From the NCBI GenBank assembly GCA_907165135.1, contig OU015569.1, positions 6,944,001-7,008,000 of the forward strand: 64,000 nt of DNA, given 5' to 3'. Shown piece after piece: positions 1-13,475 of the stretch. The number at the start of each line of letters is the position of its first letter. Position 1 is the stretch's first letter. The position numbers were made by a program, and so were the translations under genes. The notes beneath the pieces are model-generated. The model saw nothing but the letters and a program-made list of their open reading frames with translations, did no database searches and was not told the DNA's origin. The stretch comes from Oikopleura dioica (lineage: Eukaryota; Animalia; Chordata).

Positions 1-86
1 AAAAGCATCATCGATTTCTCCCTGGGTAAATGAAGTTCATTCTACGAACATTCCAAGTTCTCTGGTGTTTATCTGAATCCAAATCA

Positions 87-718
87 AGAATTTGTAGTGA
101 AGATAAAAGCTTGCAAAGGCACCATGAATAAAACAACAGAAAAGTCAGCAATAGACAAGGACCAAATAAGAAGATTCGTTGTATTTTTGCGCCACTTTCC
201 AGTTTTAAGAAGTACTAATAGAGTCAGTCCATTTCCAATGATTCCTTGTTTAGGTTACTAGCAGTGCTTGTAAGGATAAGTTTCGACTATTCCGCGTTCA
301 GATCGGGTTAGCTGCGGAGTTTAGTATGGCTCAGTGGAAAGTCTCCCAGGAAGGGAATCTGTTTTAAGTAACCATGTGCCTATGACGAAGATCGCCGCGC
401 AGACTGCGAGGATAGTGTACTCGACCCATCCGAACTTCTGAGCTCTTTTCTCGCGGTTAGCAAACATCATATATAATGCCGTTATTTCTTGCTGCGTGGA
501 AAATTATCCGTGTTTTGGTCGGAAAGAATGCCTTATACGAAATGTAATTCTCAAATATACATTTTTCGGTCAGACGATTGTAAAGAGTACGTTTCTTGAG
601 TTTGAGTTTGCAACCGCTCCCCAGTTAGAGGACATTCCTCGTACAGGCAGGCGCAGAGGAACTGCCAAACCTCGCACTTCTCGTTGTAAATGTCTTCGGC
701 TGTCCAGTTTGAAGGAAG
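87..718 (-). CDS. Class A (rhodopsin-like) peptide GPCR, galanin/allatostatin-receptor-like; N-terminus, TM1 and TM2 (partial; probably further exons to ~1057 and beyond the left edge)
   Basis: Exons 718-561, 444-380 and 244-87 splice to LPSNWTAEDIY...AQKFGWVEYTILAVCAAIFVIGIIGNGLTLLVLLKTGKWRKNTTNLLIWSLSIADFSVVLFMVPLQAFIFTT. The TM1 GN and TM2 TN..LS.AD..VP motifs are typical of peptide GPCRs, and there is an N-glycosylation sequon (NWT). Intron 245-379 is GC-AG. Confidence 0.8.
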
Positions 719-3700
719 CTAAAATCATTTATTAGGGAATTAGAGTCCTCGAAAGAGCTGCCCATAAGGAACGATGGCTGTCCAATTATCTGTCAATTTT
801 CAAATACTGTCAGAACCAGCTTTGTCATTGATTAAACACTTTTCCGTACCTTGTCCAACTGTTGGTTCCAAATATCACTGAAACTGGCCTCTACCTCGGA
901 GCGTTTGTCCAAGAATTTCTGAGCAGTTTGGCACACACATGTTTCATAGAAATCATCTCGGAGGTCATGATCGCCCATCAAACATCACTTGAGTCTGTCT
1001 CTCTCACGTTACGTTTTCAGTTTTGCTTCTTCGGCTTCACTGCTGTTCAGTTCGCCCGCTGAAATGGGCAAGTAGAGCACAGCCATAAAAAGTATTTTCA
1101 GTTAGGCTAAATGTACGCTCTATGTTAGCGCAAAATGCACCCGTGTCTTTACAGCAAATTAAGCCAACCAAATAGAGACTATTGAATTTGGGAAAGGTAT
1201 GAAAGGAATTCAAAAACAAGAATAAAATGTAATTATTCATGAGTCACAAACATGGATATCTTATCCTCTGAGTAACATTTCTTTTTCATTGGTGATAGAT
1301 TGGAAAAAATATCAGATGTAAAAATGCCAGTTCGAATTCACCAAGAAATTTATATTAATTTTTAAGCTCTTTATTTGATTAGAGATGCCTTCCTTTTTTC
1401 TCTTTGAGACTTTTTACGTTCGACTTACGATTCTCTCTTTACTAAACTTTTAATGATTAAAAATTATGAATAATGGTCAAAGGTGAAAGTTCCTCGAGCG
1501 AAAAACTGTCTGCCTTTGCGATTGTGTGCCTGAGTCGCCACTGAGCCTTGCTTTATCGCCAGTAGCGTGTGCGTCTAGATGCAGTGTGCCCTGGCCAGAG
1601 GTAGTAAATCACACTATGTGATAATTAATTCGTCATGTAAAGAGTCGACTGAGGACTGATGGATTAATTCCGAGCGCTAATAGAAAAAAACTGAAGCCAG
1701 TGTTTTGATCCATGGCTCCTTCAATTTTTGAACGAAAAGTAAATCTGGTTTACCAACAGAATATTTTCTACGTTTGAATCAACATCACATGCTTCTGGCT
1801 CTGATTTAGATTTTCTTAATCGAGATAGACGCAGTAAAGCCGAAAACAGGCAATTTAATCAAATTTACATGGATCTTGTGATCCAATCAGCCGAAAAGGT
1901 TTCATTTATGATCTTAACCATGGACAAATAAATTATATGGAATGAACCCCTAAAGCAAGCGGACATGGATGTACAGTGTAGATTAAAGATTATTAGCAGG
2001 CGGGAACTTCTGTCAGCTCGATATAAAATGTAAAAATAAACTTAAAAGGGTCGGCGTGCGGATTTATAGCGAGTAAGAATCTTAGTCCACGATTATAGGG
2101 CCGTTCGAAAGAAGGAGAATTCAATTATGCGAATGCAGTGCCAATACTCCCATATCAATAGCAACGGGCACATTAAAAACTGCTATATCTATAGACTAAA
2201 GCCTCCCTAGTGGAATTTTTTGGAAGGCATAGAATATTTTAAGAGTTAGCTTTCCAGTTCACTCTTGAGACTAGCAAAAACTTCTCGCGATAGAAGACTT
2301 TGCCTTTTTTCTACTAGAAAAACTATTTTAATGAAGAGCGTTTCATCCTGAAAATAAACATTAATTGACACGAAGAATAAGTGTTCTTTGGCATGTCGAG
2401 TTCAGATTTTAAGAAAAGAAGCTTACTTAAGTCGGTTTTCTCTAGGTTTGGGCAATTTATTTCTGGTGTATCTAAAAAGGAAAGTTTCACTGGATCATTG
2501 ATGACGAGGGGCGTCCGAAAGGGGTAATTAGTCAAAAAGACTTTTTATTTAATCAGCTTCTGTAACTGATTCTTTTGCCGGAAGGAAAAGCTCGCGTGGA
2601 CAAAGTCTTAGTCAAATAACATCCTTAGCACTTTTGTCTTACCAAAGCCAAGTTTTGAAAAATACGGTAGAAAAGAAAGAAAAGGCTCTTTCTCCGTCTC
2701 TGGATGATCTTGAATGCCAATACCTTCCTTTTGCTTGGAATATTTTGTGGAAAGGATCTGGTTAACATTTGACAGGCGAATCTGTCAGACATCTTTATAT
2801 AATAGAGCGATACCAAGCCTGTCAATTATCCGTCATGGAATCGCCGTAAGGACCAAATCGCTCCGATCTATTTTCCATCGAAACCTCAATATTATAACCT
2901 CGTTATTATTACCGTCGTGTTTAGTAATTGAAAGTGCAAAACAGGCACTTATACACGTTTGCATTTTCGACCTGGGGCCGCTAGCCGAGATTCTTATTTT
3001 ATTCAATTTCCCGCGAAAATGGATCACGGGGATCAATGGCTACATAATATTATTCCTCCTGCCTTTCTACCGCCGCGCGTATTATTTCTTATTCTTTCTA
3101 ATCAAAATTGTTCTTATAAACTAAAAAAGAAGGACTTGCTCGTTTTCGCTCTCTGGCTTCTCAGGTGAACTCTAGTGTCCTTTATCGCTTTTTGGAGCGT
3201 ACGGTATTCAAATTATTTTTGTGACACTTGAACAATGCGATGGAGGTCACGAATCGACGAACATTTTTTTCAGTGAGAAAATTGCTACTAACATAATATT
3301 CTAATAACTAACAGGCTTGCAATTTGGAATGGTTGGAATGCGAAGCAAACTCGCATTTGCGATTCACAACAAAATGATACGTATTTTTTTTATTTACGGC
3401 GATCTGCTTTTCTGTGCCTTGTTTTATATACCGCGGTTGGGACGTGCACGTTGTGGAAATCTGCAATTCAAAAACATTATTTGAATGAGTATATGCTCCT
3501 TTTTCGTTGCTGATTCTAATGACTGGCATAAATAAAACGTTTGTTTGGAGAAGAAGGTTATATGCAGCAAAAGACAAGCATACAGCGACGGTGATTATAG
3601 TAATTAGATGAAATAGGAAAGGATCTTTTCGCTTTCTCCCGAAAATTGACTCTTAAAAATCATCTCGAAATGCCGACACGATATCCCGAAGTACTGTTTT

Positions 3701-5049
3701 GGGTCGCTCAAGAGAGAACTAGCAGAGAAAACAAATGAAAGAGCTTGATAGACCTTTTCAAAGACATCAAGAGCAAAGATTCCTGACCCGACGTTTGGAG
3801 TAGTTCCTTTCGAGCGCGCGGTTTTTGTCTTGGTTCAATACTGATAAAAACACCGCTCAAAAGCAGTAATAGAGGACTGCGAATAGTTTAATTGTCGCAA
3901 CATCTCTTTGAACCCCCATCAAGCCTCAGTAATTATAATAATCCTTTTCATGTTCTACGTTATCATCAAACACTTGGTAACAAGCTTTTTATAAAACAAA
4001 AGAAAATGTGCTTCAGAAAGACTCGCACAAGCGCTGGAGAAGCCACGAACGACTGAGTTAGCGAATCCGCGAAATCAGCGGCGGTTGAATCACAAGTCAA
4101 TTTTAAGTCAGGTTTTAAGGAACTCAGCACAATCACGACTTGCCGCGTGGTCGATCGTTTTTAGACGGCATTCAGAACGTGGCCCAAAGTGATAGCATTC
4201 TCTGACCAGGAACTGCACTCTAATAAAACGGCCAATTGAATTGACACCTTAATCGAATACTGTTTTGCATGAAATAAAAATAGACTCAGTAAATGACTTT
4301 GACACTAACAAAAAACAATCATTGGCCGACTAAATACTGTTTTGGCAATCAGCAATTGATTTAATTAATTACTGTTTGCAATGGACACAAAATATTTCCA
4401 TTCATTTTTTGGCTCTCAAGTAAATGGCCATCCTAATTGGCTTGGATGCGAGCTCTGGACGAAAAATTGAATCATTCGCGTTCGCATTTTCATAACTTAT
4501 ACTTTTCATTTTTCGGAAATGTTAGATCTTTTCGCGAAATCACGTAAAATAGCCATTATAATCGATATTTGGTTCTTATCTTCAGGAAAAAGGGCAAATT
4601 AGAATAAATGAAAAGTAATATTGGATAAGATGCGGCTCGCGGTTTTCTCGTTGCTACGAAAATTATATATTTTTTCTTGCATATTTTCTTTGCGAAAATA
4701 ACTTCGAGTGTTTCACGTTTTCTGACCTGTGAAAATAAAGTTAGCTAATATAATATTACTAACATCCTATTAGTGTCGACATTCGCAACAACTACTTTAA
4801 TCGAGCTTCTTCCGCAGACCGCTAACAATTAGCACAAACGGCTCTTACCATCACCCACTTCATTCCAGGATATGAGCAAGCACTTGACACTAATAAGATC
4901 GCAATTATCGAAGCCTCGACAGTGGATACAACAATAGCACCTTATCATGAAATCACGTGTTCGAAATTTTACTAGAGATTACTAAGTGAAGAGACTGTAG
5001 TTTCAAAAGCAAAAGTTTTCGGAACAGCCTGCAGAGATTAATCTATAAT

Positions 5050-5870
5050 ATCGAACACTTGAGGAAGATCTCACTGTGGCTTTGGGTGTCATTCGCACTC
5101 GGCGACCAGAAGTTCACAAAACTGCCGCCGGAACTGGTAGACAGGTGGCCGACAATTGAGCTGAGCCGAGTTAACTCTGGTTAAGCTTATTCTCAGCTTC
5201 GTCGATGAAAACCGCGGCGGTCGATTTAACGAAGAAGGGTAAGTTTCGCGAGGCACATTTTTACAGGGCAGAGCCGAAATTCGCTGAGTTCGCGCGCCAG
5301 GCTGCTCCGTTGCTGAGGCATGGCATTTTTGGAAAGCTGAGGACGTGCATTCATGAATGCGCCTGGAAAGTAAATCTTCTGCGAGTAATTGTTTCAAGGC
5401 CCATTAACACATAGAATAGGCAAAGGATTTGCGATCCAACAGAAAGAAAAATCAGCAAAGATTGATGCTCGCGTCATCTGGATTTTCTGACGAGTTGGCT
5501 GCTGATCTCGTCGCTTTAATGTGGCAAAACTCGGTCGACATTCTTGATCGTGAAGATGATGACGAGGTCAACTTGAACCAATTCAAGTCTCTTCGTTTGT
5601 ACTCCAAAATTATTTTCGTCCCAGAATTAGGAAAAAGGTTCTGCGCCGAAAGTATTTCCGCTCTGGCTTCAGAAATGTTTGCCAAATATCTTTTGCTTTT
5701 CGCTTTCTAGAGCATTTAGAAAGCATGGGTCCAGGCGCAACAGTGCCGCCAAAGAGACAGGCACTCTTTGTTCTTATGTAAGCCTATAACACTTACATTT
5801 ACTCAAAAGGGTTCTGAAATCGTGGCTGACATGCCAAGCACAGCGCGGATAATGTGAACCTTTTTAAAGT
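5050..5870 (+). CDS. Uncharacterised multi-exon gene, weak resemblance to COMM-domain proteins
   Basis: Protein-like segments (AEPKFAEFARQAAPLLRHGIFGKLRTCIHECAWK; LASSGFSDELAADLVALMWQNSVDILDREDDDEVNLNQFKSLRLYSKIIF; EHLESMGPGATVPPKRQALFVL) separated by short GT-AG intervals. The family call is tentative. Confidence 0.35.
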
Positions 5871-5939
5871 TATGCTCGGTTTTCATGAGAACATCCTGTC
5901 GAGCCTTGACGAGTCATCTGGTAATCTACAGTAATGACC

Positions 5940-6187
5940 CATAATCAACCCTGTTTAGAGCACTTGATGAATAAGGAGATTCTGAATCTTTCGCCCACAG
6001 AGGAGTCCCTCGCATTTTTAGAGTTCGACCTTCCAACGGGAAATACTTCTTCAACGAGGTTCTAAGTTTGCCAAAAAATAATAAATAATATCAAATTTGA
6101 AGACTTGACTCTTCTTTTGAGTTCGTCAACCTCCTCGATTACGAAGTTTTTCAAGATGTTTCCGTCGAGTTTGGTGGCAATTTCCAT
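5940..6187 (-). CDS. Possible small uncharacterised spliced gene, convergent with the previous gene
   Basis: MEIATKLDGNILKNFVIEEVDELKRR followed by a GT...TTAG interval and a further open segment; downstream frame uncertain. Confidence 0.25.
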
Positions 6188-8245
6188 ATTTCTCTTGGAA
6201 TAGGACCGGATTTAACATAACAAAAATTGCTCTTTTTATTGTTCAAGGAAAAAAAGTAGAGCAATATCGTGAAAATCTGTAAAAAAGAACCAAGTTATGC
6301 CAGGAACGGTGTTTTTTCTCGACATATGGCCGAAAACGTAACAGAAAAGCGAAAATTTTGGGCAATTTGTTGTTTAGGGCTCGTGGTAGGGGTCGAAAGT
6401 TTTAGAGTCGATGTGGTGGTGACATAATGGGCGTTATTCGGTCGATCACATGGTTTTTGGTAAAACACGGTAAAAGCCATTTAGCAACAAGACAAGTGGT
6501 GCCTACGAGGCAAATGGTGGACGAAAAAATAAGACCCTGCTCGGAAACAGTTAAAATCATCACTCTCAAGCAGCGCTAACTATGACAAACTGTCGTGATT
6601 TTCATACAAGTCCTGTGAAGCTAACGTCGCCATCAAGGTGAAGAATCTCTCAATCCCAATTTTCGTCCTGATGCACTTTGGTGACGGGGTCATCCAACAG
6701 GTGAGCTCTCGCCTTTTTTATCGTCTATCCTAAATTTAGATTGACGGGGTTTGGACTGGAACCGGCGTTAGTGACCCAAAAGGAAAACGTTTTTAATATA
6801 TATCTAGTTTAATAGAAGAATGGAATTTTTGAAAACAGAGTCAGTTGAGATGCAATTCACTGATCTTTGGTTCTGCTAATTGCGATAAAGATTTTTCTTC
6901 TTCCGGCTTTAATAAATGCTTCGGCTTGAATCCGGTTTTTTAACTCCTATTGCATTTAATTCGTGTCAAACCAGGTAACACGTTCCGAATCTATTCCAAT
7001 GTGATTAAGCGAGTCCTAAAGATCTGAAAAGATCGACTTCCTTTGGATAGAACTAGGCATTGATAAAATGCAAGACGACGTCGGCATGTTCAAAACATTA
7101 ATTTAACATCAAACTACTCTTATCGGCAAAGCTTCTAAAACTGAACGCAAGTGTTAAACGTAAGCAAAATAATCATTCGAAATTGCGCTTCTCCAAATAC
7201 ATCAATCTACTTTTAGAAACTGTAAGTTGCGATTACAGCGAGTGAACAAATAGCTTTATTCTCGCTAATCCGGTAATTGTCTAAAATGCCTTATCTTTTG
7301 ATTTTCGCGTGTTTTTAATTATAATGATATCAAAATCGAATTGCTTTGCGAAAACAGCAGTTTGTTTTTAGGCGAAGCATGAAACGTTGCATTGATGGAG
7401 TTACTCTTTAATTGACCCTTGAATCAACAACATTAGAATTAGTAAAGGCGATCAGGCTCGTAAGCACGCGCTTACAAGTCTACCAAATTTGACCCTGCGG
7501 AAATGCAAATCAGAGCAATCAATATAAGCCAACGAAGTGAAAAGAACATAAACTTTATTAAAAGCAAGAGTTTACTTGTTAAGATCGGGTTAGAATATCA
7601 AAGATAGACGTTTTTATTATGCTTGTCTATTGATATCGTTTGTCAAGGGTCTTCAAATTATTTTTTGTATTGGGCTTATGAATTCTCTCTCGAGACTACT
7701 GCTGCTACTATTAATCTCAGCATTTTTATCTTGATTTATGCGCAAGCGAAAAAATTAAGCTATCGAGATTGGTAATTTGGAGACAAACAAAGCTCTTTTT
7801 CGAGTTTCAAAAGCAAAAGTGTCCAATAAAGCGCATATCGCGAAATGTTATAAAGATATCATGAAATCTACTCTGGCTATTAAATTCAAATTACTGATTA
7901 AAAATCGAAAATTTCAATAGGTGAGTCTAAACGAAGGGAGCATTTATACAGGGAAAAGTACGAATAAACATTTGAGCCAAATGGTGAGTTCCACGAGCCT
8001 GTGAAACTTGGCTAATCGTCAAAGTCAAAGAGTTAAAATTACAGAAAACGTAGAATAGTTTGTCTTTAGTTCCGAGGTAATATCGCAACTTTCGTCCATC
8101 AAGCAGCATGCGCGAATGGTCGCCAGCTTTGTTTGGTGCGATGAGTCATCATCATCATTATTTTACATCAATTTTCAACATATATGTACAATTTTGGGGT
8201 TGGTGAACACTACTCCATAGCGAAGCGTCAGACTCGTTGATTTTT

Positions 8246-9914
8246 CTACGCGTCAGACTGGCAATCAGATGTGGAGCGGTGTTCCACAGATTCGTTTCCG
8301 GAATCGGAACTGATCTCTGCGTTCTGCTGCTCTTTTTCGTCGGTGGACGAGCAAGTAGATCCCAAAATCAACTGATGTTGTCGCTGGAGCTCATCATAAG
8401 CTCCTGGTTTGAGTAAAACAACTCTAAAAAGTGGGTTATATCTTGAGATGACAAAGAAGCCTAGAAGTACCTGTATTTATTGCTGACGACGCGTTCCCTA
8501 AGAACTCCCACGGCAAATTTAGCGCATCGTGCAGTTGGATATTCGACAATAGCGCAATAAGTTCCCTGGAATTTGTAATTCAAAGATGGAATGAACTTGA
8601 TTCTCTAGTAGGACGTTTTGTTGCTGAAATATACACACCTGGAGTTCAACGCTGGGTACCCATCGAGTAATGTCATTTGGTAGCGTCTGGAAGGGAGGAA
8701 GCACTCGCGCAGAAACTACATCACCATATGGTCGGAAAATATCTAAAAGGCAGAATATAATAGAACGATGTAATCATCAAGCAGGAATGTATTATACAAA
8801 CCGACAACGTCAGGAAGACTTCTGTGGTTAGGGCCGAGTCCAACGATGAGAACTTTGTTGAATGGACCTTGTTTTTGTTTGTCAGCGTTGGAGTTAGATT
8901 TTTTTGCGTTGTTGTGCATCTTCTTTGGGGCGAATGGTTTTTGGAAGGATCTATAATTCCGCTTGCCAAGGAGGATGATTTTCGATGTTATACCTCTGTG
9001 CTTGATGTTGACGAGTGTCGATGAAATTCATGAATGGGGAAGCTCCTTGCTTGACAGGAGCGCCTTTTCTGGCGTTAGGAATCCAAGAAGAGTGCATATA
9101 ATTGTTTTTTGGGATGCCGCTGCCGATTGGAGAGATGTTCTTCTTTTGCTGTTCAAAATGGTTTCGCTCGAATTTGATGTCCTTATCATTCGAGAAGTTG
9201 ATGTTGTGTTTCTTGGGTACTCCAACATTGAACGCGTTCTGAAGGAGATGGACGGAGTTCATCTTAGCCAGGGTTGAGCATTACGTTGTTAGTTTTTCTG
9301 ATGAAATCATATCATAAAATCTAAATCGTGTAACCCTGAGCTGATTCTGTTGCTTTGGTAGGAAGGCAGCAAGACTAGCAGCAGCAGCAGCTTGCGGCCA
9401 TAGAGCGGCCGCAGCATTGAGCTGAGCGGAATAATGCTGAGCGGAGGCTGAAGAAACATCAGGGGAGAAGGATCTACAACATTTAATTAAGTAATCACTT
9501 TGGAAATCGAGCTCGTATGCGGTCAGACAGGCCCACTACTGCTCTCTGTAAAATACCGAATTGAACTGTTCCCAGAGTCTCGATCGACAGAAGATGCCGC
9601 AGAACCGGTTGAAGGTGGCCGAGTCGATCCACAGGCTGAGTCGGAGCTAGTCGACCAGATTGAGTTCAACGATGGCACCTGCTGGATTTTCTCTTGGTTC
9701 TTTAGTTGTTCCAGCTGAAAACCGTAGAACCGGGTCTTTGCAAGGTTATTTTACAGGTCTCAGTCCCCACCCAAAATTCTCATTTCCTCTTTTATCAGAG
9801 ATATCTCCAATGCCGGTCAAATTCAAGATTTTATCATGGTTGTAACCGTCCCTGGAGATCGTTGATGGCTTCCAAAATGTAGGGCAAGGACTCTTGGTTA
9901 TCGTAAGTCGCCAT
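8246..9914 (-). CDS. La-related protein 6 (LARP6/acheron)-type RRM protein
   Basis: Spliced C-terminal part reads KVLIVGLGPNHRSLPDVVDIFRPYGDVVSARVLPPFQTLPNDITRWVPSVELQGTYCAIVEYPTARCAKFAVGVL, matching the diagnostic LARP6 RRM pattern (FG.I.SVRILKPG..LP.DI...CAIVEF). Low-complexity Ser/Ala/Gln N-terminus; ATG at 9914, TAG at 8246-8248. Confidence 0.72.
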
Positions 9915-12900
9915 TTCTCGTCTGGTAGAGATCTAAAAATCCAGCTTAGAAGGTTTCATTCCCGCGTTTTCAGTTTTCTAACCCCTGGATGCGCTTTCTC
10001 AAAATATATCTCTCTTGAATAAATCCAACTTTTACAAATAAATTATGACTTCTGATTTTCACTGGTTGGAGTTTCTGGTTCTCCGCGTTGCTCTAAGACA
10101 GCTTTATCTCTCGTTCTTACAATATAGATAAGCGTCTAGCTCAGCTGGAGACCCCGGAGAAAAGAAAAACTACACTCTATCGCTTTCTTGTGAACAGCAG
10201 CTTCTCAACAACTTATTTCGTTCCCCCGACGAAATTGTCGAATTCGTGATTGTCGGAATCGCTCACGAGCGATGCAATTCATTCCAGAGAGAAGAGCGAG
10301 AACAATTGCTCCCTGTGCAAGGTTAATTGCTCTGAGCAGAAAACAATTAGTTTGGGCAAAATTCGCCGAACTGGCCTCAAAAAATATCTACTGTTGCTCA
10401 CACGCATTTGCTATTTGTCACGTGAGGTTTTTGTCGGATATTGAGTTGCCAAGTTGGAGCTGGGTAAGTTCGAGTTCCCGAAAATACTCACAAAGTGATT
10501 CAACAAGGCTTCACCACTGAGCCAGCCCAGATTATCTTTGTTCTGGAAAGTGTTTGTCGATATTATGTTTCAACTTTCCGCTCAACTCAAGACAAGGCGT
10601 CGGTCAGCTTTTCACTGATTTAACGTGGACTTTACCTTTAGTAGCGCGATCGCTTGTAGAGCTGGAAAGAGAGGAGGTCGCGTTCCTAAGAAGATAAAAA
10701 CATAGAAGCACGTGCCATACACTTTCTAGGGCATAGAAGCGATAACCTACCAGATAGAATAAGACTCTGGTGGGATTCGGAAGTCTTATCGCAAAAATTA
10801 TTCAAAAAAAAATCACTGAAAAAACTCTTAATCCTTATTTCAAAATGTCTTATTGTGAATCCCAAGATTTAGGGTTATATTAAATTTTTATATAAAAATT
10901 TATGCCTATTAGTATTCTTTAAGTATATCAAATGAAAACAAGAAACAAAATGAGTGGAGAAAGGAATTAAAGAGTTAGCCGAGTTGTTGTCAAAGATTTA
11001 ACCCGTTTGGTAAAAGCCAAGTTCAAAAATGCAGGTTCGTTTAAAAAATAATCGAAATTTAAAACAATTGATTTGTCGAAGAGCAAGTTGATAATCAACT
11101 ATATTCACGAAATGCTTTTGTACGGATGCATTTGCTGATCAGTGTTTGAGGATAAATGTATTGACATCAGCGTTGCAGTATCCGTTTCCTTGTTCAAGAC
11201 GTGTGTTGCTCAGTCGTTTAAATATATTTAAGAGCAATCGCTGCTCTGTCGTTACACCTGAAAGCAAAATCATCAATAAGGCGGTTCTAATTGAATAATT
11301 GGAATAAAACTGTTTTTTGAAGGTCGGTGGGATGCTTTTAGCGGCGCTCGGATTTCATCTCCATCTAAGCCGATGAAGCAAATAAGTTCTTATTCTTCAC
11401 GATATTATAACGCACAAAGCTCATTAACGCATTAAGAGTTCTTAACGAGGAGCAAGTATGAATCGCTCTATCGCTGATCTGCTCAGGTTCATGGATCAAC
11501 CAAGAACAATATTTACGAACTGTTTCTATAAACTTGGCGCTGTATATCTTCCTTGAAAGAACGTGCGGTTTCATCTCGAGTATCGAAACAAGAAAATTTT
11601 GTATTCAAGCGAAGGAGATCTCTTACGAAACAATGTTAAATTCAATCTAGCCCGTTAAAAAGAAGCCATTTCGCTGACCACTATATAAAGTAAATTTTCG
11701 AGTGCGATTACATGCTCCTGAAATGAGGCGATGATTATTCTGAGAAGATTAGACCGCATGATTTTTCAGTGCTCACGAGCTTGAAATCTCAAAACTGATC
11801 AAGCGACCGCTAAGACGCACCTTCCGTAATCGGTGAGAAAAAAACTCCGTTCAAAACAGTGATATATCCAAAATCTGAAACGTTCCGTTAACTTACCGTT
11901 AGTCACTCAAAAAAATATGTATGGAGATATCTCCAATCGTCAAGAGCCGTTTCAAAGTCTGAAAAAGATAAATCAGTAATAATAACAAGAGTAAAAAGAA
12001 TACAATCTCTCATGAATCCTTATCACTAAGGATAGTTGAAATTGTTTCAGAAAGGATTGATTATAAAAAAGGCAGTTTCTCTTATGATTGCTGGTTATTC
12101 TTTGATTTTCGTTTTTAATATAAGACCTTCATTCTCTGAAATATCTCTAGTTAAATCTTGCACTTTGGACAAGAGAGCATCCGGTTTCCGGGCTTCTGCC
12201 TCTCATTTTTTTATGATATTAAAAGGTTGGAGCGCACAGTTTGTGCTCCACCATGGTGCTCCTGCAGCGCCATCAGTAAGAACCGAACTGCGCAATCTTG
12301 TGGCTAATCGTGGTCTGGTGCTTACTATCGTAGAATTAATTATTAGGAGTAAACTTCTCGTTCTACCCTTGGTTCAATTAGATCTAATAATAACCAAACC
12401 CAATTAGAAAGTATTTATAATTTTGTTTTCACTCAAATCACAAAATAATAGATTCTCTCAATCAGTTGTGTACTTTTCATAATCGGTAACTTAGAACAAC
12501 TGACTTCAAAACGGTTGGCATCAAAATTACAACTATCCATAGCAATTTCCTAGTTTTTTTTTTTAATTTCGGTCTGTCAAGCCGATTAAAAGTTGTATGT
12601 GATTCTTAAATTGAGCAAGAAATGATAGGTTTTCTGAATTCTTGAGTAGAAGATCGCATTCTTTGAGAAAGAATCGTTCGGCAATATAAAGCTCGCTCGT
12701 TTTGAAAGCGACAATTAGTGAAGCCGCCTGATTTCATGATTGCCAGGTGATGCATTTTAGAGACACTGGAGCGGATTCGTGCTGCTAATCGAGATTGGAG
12801 CTGCCAGAGACCAAGCTCTTTTATGCTGGGACAAATTCTTGATGTGTCGATTTGAGAAGCAGCTCATTTTGCTTAGAGCAAAAAGCCGATGCGGTTCGCT

Positions 12901-13289
12901 GTCGCCACAAAAATTCAAATTTTGGGCTTAGAGCAACGTAGAACTTGACTTTATATGTATGGCCAACTAACAGTGGCTTCATACGATTACGGTAGAGACC
13001 CACGTTTTGGGGAAACAATTAGATTCCAACTAGTGCGCCAATCTCACAAGTCTAGCAGGAATAAGCTAGACAGTGTTCCAACAACTGTTTTTGGTGCAAC
13101 AAACATATTGTCAGCTTTGTCTTACAATATTTGTGAAAATTTCTAGTTGCCAAAATTAACGCTGTAAATCAAATATTTGAGCTTATTCTCCACCTCTTCC
13201 AGGGAGGCTTATCTTCGACTGTGCTCATCATCACTTGTTCCCAAAGTGGTTTCGTACGTTTTTATGGTTTATTTCTCCCCAGTAGGGGA

Positions 13290-13475
13290 GTGGGCCGAGC
13301 TCGCCGGTACTGCAATAGCGAGTCAACCCGTGGGAAGAGCGGAGCAAGCCCCTAACTACATCCCTAGTTCCAAAAATCAGGGTGACAATAGACGTCCCAG
13401 TAGGGACGGTCCCAGCTGTCACACTGAGAAGAACAGATACTACACTTGATCTTAGCCACAAAGGCCGGAAGCGAT
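13290..13475 (-). ncRNA. U2: U2 spliceosomal snRNA
   Basis: Minus strand begins ATCGCTTCCGGCCTTTGTGGCTAAGATCAAGTGTAGTATCTGTTCTT (branch-point recognition GTAGTA intact). It has stem IIa CTCAG/CTGGG whose loop GTGACAG pairs with downstream TTGTCAC (IIc), Sm site ATTTTTGG, stem IV loop ATTGCAGTAC, and a length of ~186 nt. Confidence 0.97.

Noticed and set aside
2600-3600. Hydrophobic ORFs (e.g. 2714-3124) as membrane proteins
   Set aside because: AT-rich low-complexity composition, no family motifs and no consistent splice structure.
10137-10148. TAGCTCAGCTGG, a tRNA D-arm/A-box-like sequence
   Set aside because: No anticodon arm, T-loop/B-box or acceptor-stem complement follows.
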